A DNA stretch of 64,000 nucleotides from Histomonas meleagridis 2922-C6/04-290x (lineage: Eukaryota; Protista; Parabasalia): positions 1 to 64,000 of the forward strand of contig JAANOX010000203.1 in the NCBI GenBank assembly GCA_020184695.1, read 5' to 3'. The notes under the pieces are model-generated. The model was not told the origin of the DNA and ran no database searches. It saw only the letters and a program-made list of their open reading frames with translations. Below, one piece after another: positions 57,329 to 64,000 of this stretch; position 1 is the stretch's first letter; each line of letters opens with the position of its first letter. Both the position numbers and the translations under genes were made by a program.

Positions 57329-57952
57329 AATGTATTTGAAAGCAAATTTTATTTTTTTGTTATTCGATGAATATTTTCTTTTGTAAATTAAATTTGATTT
57401 TAACATTTATAGTTAAATAAAAAAGAAAATGAATAAAAATTTAAATTCTATTTTCCAAAAGTATCTACATGTTATATAATATTAAGTTTTCGGTCTGTCG
57501 CTCGATTGTGTGCTTTACTCATACGATATACTTCTATGTAATTTGATCACTTCAGATACAAACTGTATAAATATGTAATTAATAATATATTATATTTCAA
57601 ATAATTATTGAATACAATATCTTATATAAAAATATTATAATATAATAATGAGATAATTATTTAAATTTATTAAAAAAAATATCTTTCATATAAAATTATC
57701 ATTGTCTTCATTTTGCTTCATCTTTAAATCCTTCAAAACAACTTTAAGTACTGTTGTACTTCGGGGATACTTGTTATAATTCTGAATATTGAAATGAAAT
57801 AAATGATTTTTTTCATGTATTAATCATTAGCAAGTGTTGTTAAAGTATTTTATAATATGTTAACTAATTGAAGTTCATTAAAAATTGTTTTGCATGAATA
57901 TTTTACTTAAAAGAAGAAGTAATCACCGGATATATCTCTAATAAGAAAACAT

Positions 57953-59836
57953 TTATTTATAAATGCATTTTGCTTGTGGCGCGCGAAGTCTCTTTATGAT
58001 CACTGGGTCATTGTAGTCGAATGGCTCTGCAGGGAACTGCACGTTCATTGCTGCCTGTTCGAAAGCCTTTTTCAGCAGCATGTGCTGGTTTCTGTTCAAT
58101 GGAATAATTGTGGTCTCCAAAAACGACAAATTTACTTTGAATTGCTTCATCTTTGCGATGACATATGACGACGCTTGATATAATGAGACGCCGTTCAATG
58201 CAAGGATTTGTGTCGGATGAGAATAAAATGCCTTTAAAAGGACTTCTAGTAAATTTTGGAGAGACCGGACAACATCTAATGAGATCGGAGGGGTGCCAAC
58301 AGGCGGAGGTTTTTCCTTATTTTGTTTTGTAAATTCTGATAACGAAAAGTTTCCTTCAAACATTGGGAAACGCTTCGAAAATAAGCTCCGTTCTTTAAGG
58401 TAGTTATTAAGTGGTGTGACTGGAAGTGCGGGTAAAGATGTTAATACTCGTATTCCTTGTATGCCACTTTCATATGAATAATGTAATATGAAGTTAGTGA
58501 AGTTTGGACATTTGATTGATAAGGTAAACAAGGTTGTGTTTAAATCAAGGGAATTCATTTGAAGAAGTTCATGCCATAATTGTTCTGGTTTGGCTTGCAT
58601 CATAGAAACATAATCAGGTGTGTCTTCTTTTTGTGGCTCAACTTTGAAGATTTCATTAATCATGTCTTCAATTGTTACATCGAGATTGATTACGTTTGGT
58701 TGAGTTGTGGTAACGGTTTCGTTATCGTCTTCGGCAAAAACAAACTCTGTGAATTCTTTTGAATCGACTTTGGGTATTGTCGCCGGAATTTCTGAAGTTT
58801 CAGTTTCGCCATCGTCCATTTCAATGTCACTTTCGTCACTTTCGAATTCTTTAAACGGTGGTTTGATGCTGAGCAAAAGTTTTACATAACCACTAACATC
58901 AAAGCTAGCATTATTTTGTTGTGGATAGATTGCTTGTGCTTGTGCCTGTGCTTGATTTCTTTGTTGAGTTGTGTTCTCACCAAAAACAAAAAAAATTTGT
59001 TGAAGTATCTGATTAGCATCTGGCCTTTGTTGCTGATCTTGCCGAAGGCACTGTGAAACAAGGGAAACAAAAAATTCATCAACTTGCCAAGTTTGATTCC
59101 ATTTATAATCAGTTTTGAGAATTTGAATATTGGTTGCATTTGGAAAAGCATCAACTAATGTGCATAACCTAAAGAGAAGACAGCCAAGGCCCCAAATGTC
59201 TGATTTGGTGCCAATCGTTTCTCCACGAAATAGGTCAACCATTTCTGGAGAACGATATTCAATTAATGTACTTTGATCAATATCTTTAGATGCCTTCATC
59301 CTCTCATCTGCTTCTTCTGTATGGAAAATAGTGGTAGTTGCTGAATAAAATTCACATATCTTCCAAGAACCTGAAAATAAAAAAATATTATCGGGACTAA
59401 GGCCACGATGAATAACAGGTGGTACATGCTCGTGCATATATGTTACTGCCTTGACGATGTCTGAAAATATGGAAACAATATCTTTGTTTGAAAGGCCAAT
59501 TGATTGAAACTTTGAAAGGTAATTGTTTAAAGTACCAGAGCAAGGTTCCATAAGAACATATATTTTTCCTGTTTCATAAGAAACTGAATGTATTTGAGCA
59601 ATGTTTGGATGTGATAACTTACTTTGTAATTCAATGCTGAACTTCATTTTGTCGTATGTTTCAAAATCATCAATTGTGTAGATTTTTAGTAAATGTTGTG
59701 ATTTTTGGTTATCGATACAATTGAAGCACTTGCAAAAAATTGAATCTGAAATCTTTTCTTGTATTGTAACTTGAATATCACCAGATCTGCAAGTACCTCC
59801 TGAAACATCATGCGAAGAGTTTCGTGACCTTTTCAT
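57953..59836 (-). CDS. NAK-family-like protein kinase, probable pseudokinase
   Basis: PPVIHRGLSPDN, WKICEFYSATT, YRSPEMVDLF…I.TKSDIWGLGCLLFRLC match NAK kinases, but HRD is HRG and DFG is EFY. Confidence 0.8.
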   Translation of the reverse strand: MKRSRNSSHDVSGGTCRSGDIQVTIQEKISDSIFCKCFNCIDNQKSQHLLKIYTIDDFETYDKMKFSIELQSKLSHPNIAQIHSVSYETGKIYVLMEPCSGTLNNYLSKFQSIGLSNKDIVSIFSDIVKAVTYMHEHVPPVIHRGLSPDNIFLFSGSWKICEFYSATTTIFHTEEADERMKASKDIDQSTLIEYRSPEMVDLFRGETIGTKSDIWGLGCLLFRLCTLVDAFPNATNIQILKTDYKWNQTWQVDEFFVSLVSQCLRQDQQQRPDANQILQQIFFVFGENTTQQRNQAQAQAQAIYPQQNNASFDVSGYVKLLLSIKPPFKEFESDESDIEMDDGETETSEIPATIPKVDSKEFTEFVFAEDDNETVTTTQPNVINLDVTIEDMINEIFKVEPQKEDTPDYVSMMQAKPEQLWHELLQMNSLDLNTTLFTLSIKCPNFTNFILHYSYESGIQGIRVLTSLPALPVTPLNNYLKERSLFSKRFPMFEGNFSLSEFTKQNKEKPPPVGTPPISLDVVRSLQNLLEVLLKAFYSHPTQILALNGVSLYQASSYVIAKMKQFKVNLSFLETTIIPLNRNQHMLLKKAFEQAAMNVQFPAEPFDYNDPVIIKRLRAPQAKCIYK

Positions 59837-60304
59837 CTGTTTTCAAATAGGGTCCAAACAATTGCTTAAAAAAATTGAATATTCAATTCAAGATTTTCTT
59901 AGACATTTTGGATCAATAAGTTCTATCGTTAATAACTTTTGAAAGGATCGTTCATTTATTCAAATGTTTGCCTTTTTGGCAAATCAGTCCTTGACTTGGA
60001 TAATTTCATTAAAATAAAATCGACCCTACAAAATTAAATGACCTTCTAGCCATTTTTTTAAAATACTCTTATATAAGAGATTTTATAAAGTTAGATTTTA
60101 CAAATCATGATGAGAAAAATCTTGATTTAGCTCATTAAACTCAAAGATAGTTTCTATTGTGATTCCAGTTCAGGCTTTAGTTCATTATACTGTTATACAG
60201 TATATTATTTTAAGCAAGAACGAATAAAAAAATTTTATCGAATGTCACTTTTTGGATAAAATAAACTATTGAATGCCAAAATTAACGTACGAAAATTAAC
60301 AGTT

Positions 60305-63300
60305 ATGAAAGAAACAACAAAGAAACTGAAAGAAAATATTACAATACTTCAACAATTCCAAAAAATTGTTTTTGAATTAACAGAAAATAATATTGATGAT
60401 TCGGCCAAATTTTTAATGGATTTATTTGATTCACAATATATTCATTCTTGCAATTACATTGTATATAACCTAATATATTCTTCTTTTATTTCTCAAAGCA
60501 AAGACTATAATATTTATTTTTCTCTACTAAAAACAATTGATAAGTTAGAAAATAATAAAAACAATGTCTTACATTATTTTTCTGTATATATTTTTGAAGA
60601 AAATTCTAAAGAAGCACTTTATCTGTTTGAAAAATTAGTTGAACAGAAATTAATACGTTTAAAATCGTTCTTTACTAAAAAAATAGCAGCTAATAAGAAA
60701 AAATATTTTTTATTGGTGCATCATTTATCAGATGAACAATTTGATAATAACTTTTATCTTTTATTTGGTTCTGAATATTATAATCGTTTGAAGCAAATAA
60801 AAGAGAATAATTGGGAACTTCATAAACAATTAATAGAAGAAGGTGTTAATCCGAATGAAATCCCAAAAATAATTCGAAATGATGAAATAGAAAAACTTCA
60901 AGAAATAACATCACAAACAAATTTTGTTTTTAATCAAAAAATTAAACAATCAATTTATGAAAGATGTTCATTTATTAATCAGGAAAATGTTACATTAATT
61001 GATTATGCAGCATTTTATGGATCAGTAAAATGTTTTAAATATTTACTTATGAATGGTGCAAATATCGAAAATACAGGTGAATATGCAGTTGCTGGTGGAA
61101 ATTTAGAGATCATTCATTTATGTGAACAAAATCATTCAGCATTTATAAATGGATATGAAACTGCAATTAAATATCACCGAAATGATATTTTCCATTATCT
61201 ATATGAAAACACAATTGATAAAAATTTTGATGTAAAAGAACTAATAAAATCATGTATCAAAAATAATAATTTCGAAATTCTTAACTTTTTATTAGATGAA
61301 AATGTATGTATTGATAAAAATATTATTCAAGAAATTATAAAAAGTTCCAACATATTTCTTATAAAGAATTTTGATCCAAAGGAATTAATTAAGTATTCAT
61401 CCCTTCCTAATGCTTGTAGTACAGGGAATATAACATATGCAAAATATCTTCTTAAAAATATGAAAATTGATATTAATGCTCAAGGTATTAATTTGTTTTA
61501 TTTTGTATTTGTTTTAATAATATGAGATATCTAAATAACATTTGGAAATTATTAAAATTATTTAAAACAGTACTCTTTGATGCAATAGAATCTGGTAAGA
61601 CAGAAATGGTCAAATTGCTTCTTAAACAAAAAGGAATTGTTCTCAATAATAAAATAGTCAATTTATTTTAATTAAAATTTGTTTTGTCAATTTTTGAATA
61701 TTTTAATATAATATTTGGAATTTGTTCAAAATTTTTCAAAATGAACTTCTATATGCATCATTTTATGGTAAATCAAAAATAGTAAAACAACTTCTAAAAT
61801 TTAAAAAATTTGATATAAATTATGCAGATGTTTATTTATTATATAAATTGTTTTTTTCCAATAATTTAGAATTTGCATGTGGTTTTTGGTATTTATTGTG
61901 ATCATTTGAAACATCCCTTATGATTGCATCAAAATATGGTGAAGTATCTACAGTTAAAACTCTTCTTAAACATAAAGGAATTGATGTTACCTCAAAAAAT
62001 ATTAATTTATTTTGTTTATAGTTTATTTCCTTCATACATTGTTTTTTATGAAAAAATGGAATTTATTTTGAATATATGAAAGCGCACTAATATTAGCATC
62101 AATTAATGGTTATATTGAAATAGTTAAATTACTTCTTGAACAAGAAGGAATTGATATTAATGAAGAAAAATTTTTGATAATTTTGTTTGATGTTTATATT
62201 ATTAATTTTGGATTTCAATATCATTTTTAAAATTTCTCAAAATATTATGAAAATTCTCTTTTTTGGGCGTCTAAAAATGGCCATGTTGAAGTTGCTAAAT
62301 TTCTTATTAAAAACGGAATTGATATTAACCATAAGAGTGTTATTTTATTAATATTAATATTTGTTTTATATAATTAATTTTTTAGAATAACAAATGGAAT
62401 ATATTTAATCTATATGTAACAGCACTAATGAATGCATCTTATAATGGGTATATTGAAATTGTTCAAATACTTCTTAATGAAAAGGAAATTAAAATCAATG
62501 ATACTGATCTTAAATTTTTGTATTTAATATTTATTAATTAAATTTTATATTTTATAATTTAATTTGGTATTGATTATAATAATTTTGGACTGCATTAATG
62601 TTAGCATCATTTAAAGGAGATGTTGAAATAGTATAGGGTGTTCAAAAAGTCCTGACCCCCCCTCCTATTATGGGCTGTGATTAGTTTATAAATAAAATAT
62701 TCATATAATATTAAAATATAGTTAATGAAGATCTTATATATGTGAAATATGTGATTTTTGATTAATTGCATATCGAGAAAAATTTAATTTAAATTTTGGT
62801 GACGCAAAAAATTTGAGAAGAACCGTCACTTTTTTTCATGGATGCCGTCGAACAAAGATTCATTATTAAATTTCTCTTCCTCTCAGGAAAAAGATACAAA
62901 GCCATATACAGAGAAATGTTCACTGTCTTGGGAAATAATACAGTTCATATAAGTACAGTCAAAAGGTGGTGTAGAAAATTCAAAAATGGTGACTTTTATG
63001 CCTTGATGAGGAACGTACGGGGAGACCCCCATCTGATCTTGTTCATCCAATTTCAAAAATTCTTCAAAAGCAACCATTTATTTCAGCCCGCTTAATTGCA
63101 AAGCAATTATCAGTGACTCCAAATACTGTATTAAAAGTTCTTTATGAGGACATGGGGTTGAGGCGCTTCACTAGGAAATGGGTCCCCCATGATTTGACGG
63201 AAGAACAAAAATTGGAAAGAGTCGATATGTCAAAATCAATTTTAAAAATATTAGAAAAAGCGGAAAAAAAAAAAAATTTCATTAATATAATGACTGGGGA

Positions 63301-64000
63301 TGAGTCATGGTTTTATTTTAATTATCAAAGTTATTATATGTATGCAGCATCACGAGATGAAGTGCCAACCCGTACCCAAAAAGAAAATTGACAGTGAAAA
63401 ATCATGCTGACAATGTTCTTCAATGGAAATTCCCTATTATGCATTGATTTTTCTACCAAAAGGCAAAAATATAATCAACGCTATTTCATCGATAATATTA
63501 TTGAAGAAATAATTAAAAATACAAATGAGGATGAGGATCAATTGGACTTAGATCAAATGATGATTCATATGGACAATTGTAAAGTTCACAAAGGAAATTT
63601 AGTTCAACAAAAATTAAATCAAATAAAGCTTAAATCCATTCCGCACCCACCTTATTCTCCTGACATCAGCCCATGCGACTTTTGGTTATTTGGTTATTTA
63701 AAAAAATATTTGGAAGATAAAGAGATAAAAATCGAAACATCAATTAAAAACTCAAATTTTAACGGCATGGGAACACGTCAATTTTGAAGAGCTTCAAAGC
63801 GTGTTCTTGGAATGGATCAAAAGATTGAAGTGGATAATAGAAAACAATGGAGAATACTATATCACATAAATAAACAAGAATATCTAAAATTGTTTATTCA
63901 TTGAGATAGGAGGGGGGGTCATGACTTTTTGAACACCCTATAAAGTTACTACTTAATCAAAATGGAATCGATGTTTCAATCAAAGATATCCATTTGATTT
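60305..64000 (+). CDS. DUF3447-type ankyrin-repeat gene; ankyrin repeats split into single-repeat coding blocks; interrupted by a mariner; continues beyond the window
   Basis: Uninterrupted 60305-61492 (IIRND..E.LQ…ERC..N…LIDYAAFYGSVKCFKYL…AVAGGNLEII..AIKYHRNDIF..L). Then ankyrin blocks 61561-61662, 61734-61835, 61905-62006, 62075-62176, 62246-62344, 62413-62514 and 62583-62633+63943-63993. Confidence 0.85.
61493..62582 (+). other. Array of seven 68-71 nt non-canonical intervening sequences, one per ankyrin repeat
   Basis: Using D-x-x-G-x-T ankyrin spacing, the inserts are 61493-61560 (68), 61663-61733 (71), 61836-61904 (69), 62007-62074 (68), 62177-62245 (69), 62345-62412 (68) and 62515-62582 (68). 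An eighth appears to begin at about 63994. Exact junctions are uncertain by a few nt. Confidence 0.85.
62634..63940 (+). mobile_element. Full-length mariner (DD34D) element, 1307 bp, 35-bp TIRs, TA TSD; transposase frameshifted
   Basis: TIR TAGGGTGTTCAAAAAGTC(C/A)TGACCCCCCCTCCTAT with 1 mismatch; TA at 62632-62633 and 63941-63942. Motifs WVPHDL, TGDESW, HMDN…PYSPDISPCD (34 residues) are spread over ORFs 62838-63095, 63113-63391 and 63404-63787. Confidence 0.96.

Noticed and set aside
61485-61570. Canonical GT..AG intron reading of the first ankyrin insert (CAA G|GTATTA…ACAG|TA CTC), which is in frame
   Set aside because: It would delete the conserved x-x-x-T residues of the repeat, lacks the CTAAC branch motif, and has no equivalent in the other six inserts; most likely chance.
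61654-61736. Strict T4 gene 60-type bypass (matched take-off and landing codon next to a stop), suggested by TTT TAA … TTT in insert 2
   Set aside because: The codon match with an adjacent stop is not reproduced in most inserts. Bypass is kept only as one possible mechanism.
61493-62582. CRISPR-like array (regular ~170-nt period)
   Set aside because: No identical direct repeats; the periodic part is protein-coding and the context is eukaryotic.
3085-63077. Numerous 60-165 aa antisense or alternate-frame ORFs in the ORF track (e.g. 5816-6160, 9378-9794, 23893-24390, 27548-27958)
   Set aside because: They overlap well-supported genes, have no recognisable motifs, and are expected shadows of codon bias.
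61484-64000. U12-type (AT-AC) intron interpretation, from ATATCCATTT at 63986 and AC in the downstream Thr codon
   Set aside because: Joining these sites is out of frame by one base, there is no TCCTTAAC branch, and the AC is explained by the conserved Thr codon.
1-64000. Stop-codon reassignment to explain in-frame TGA/TAG (25600, 42318, 50455, 51915)
   Set aside because: Conserved genes here end normally in all three stops (kinase TGA 4729-4731, prefoldin TGA, RING gene TAG, RPS3a TAA), and the interrupted genes belong to fast-turnover families.

Overview
AT-rich, gene-dense eukaryotic DNA, inferred to be from a parabasalid protist (Trichomonas/Tritrichomonas/Histomonas-like). The evidence is near-absent conventional introns, Inr-like TCA(C/T)T and M3/M5-like core promoters, BspA and DUF3447-ankyrin families, and mariner elements. 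The window holds about 30 protein genes: RPS3a, RPL21, RPL18, prefoldin 2, Arp2, a divergent actin, a Rab, a PH-AGC kinase, a NAK-like pseudokinase, pecanex-like, Tup1-like WD40, Spt5-like, bromodomain, SPEF1/CCDC112/CFAP73-like flagellar proteins, glycosyltransferases and several bacterial-looking enzymes. It also holds several decayed surface-protein genes, three IS630-Tc1-mariner-superfamily elements, a MITE-like element and tandem repeats. No rRNA, tRNA or CRISPR array was recognised. The standout is the ankyrin gene at 60.3-64.0 kb. Every ankyrin repeat there is its own stop-free 99-102 nt coding block, and consecutive blocks are separated at the same repeat position by 68-71 nt AT-rich inserts. 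These inserts break the frame or carry stops, lack consistent GT-AG or AT-AC ends and the trichomonad branch motif, yet share a TGG(A/T)AT motif exactly 18 nt before coding resumes. This suggests an uncharacterised intervening-sequence removal system (non-canonical splicing, translational bypass or DNA-level excision). Secondary findings are a recurrent GGGYRCCCC palindrome upstream of genes and an 80-bp-TIR MITE. All calls come from reading the sequence; no database searches were run.
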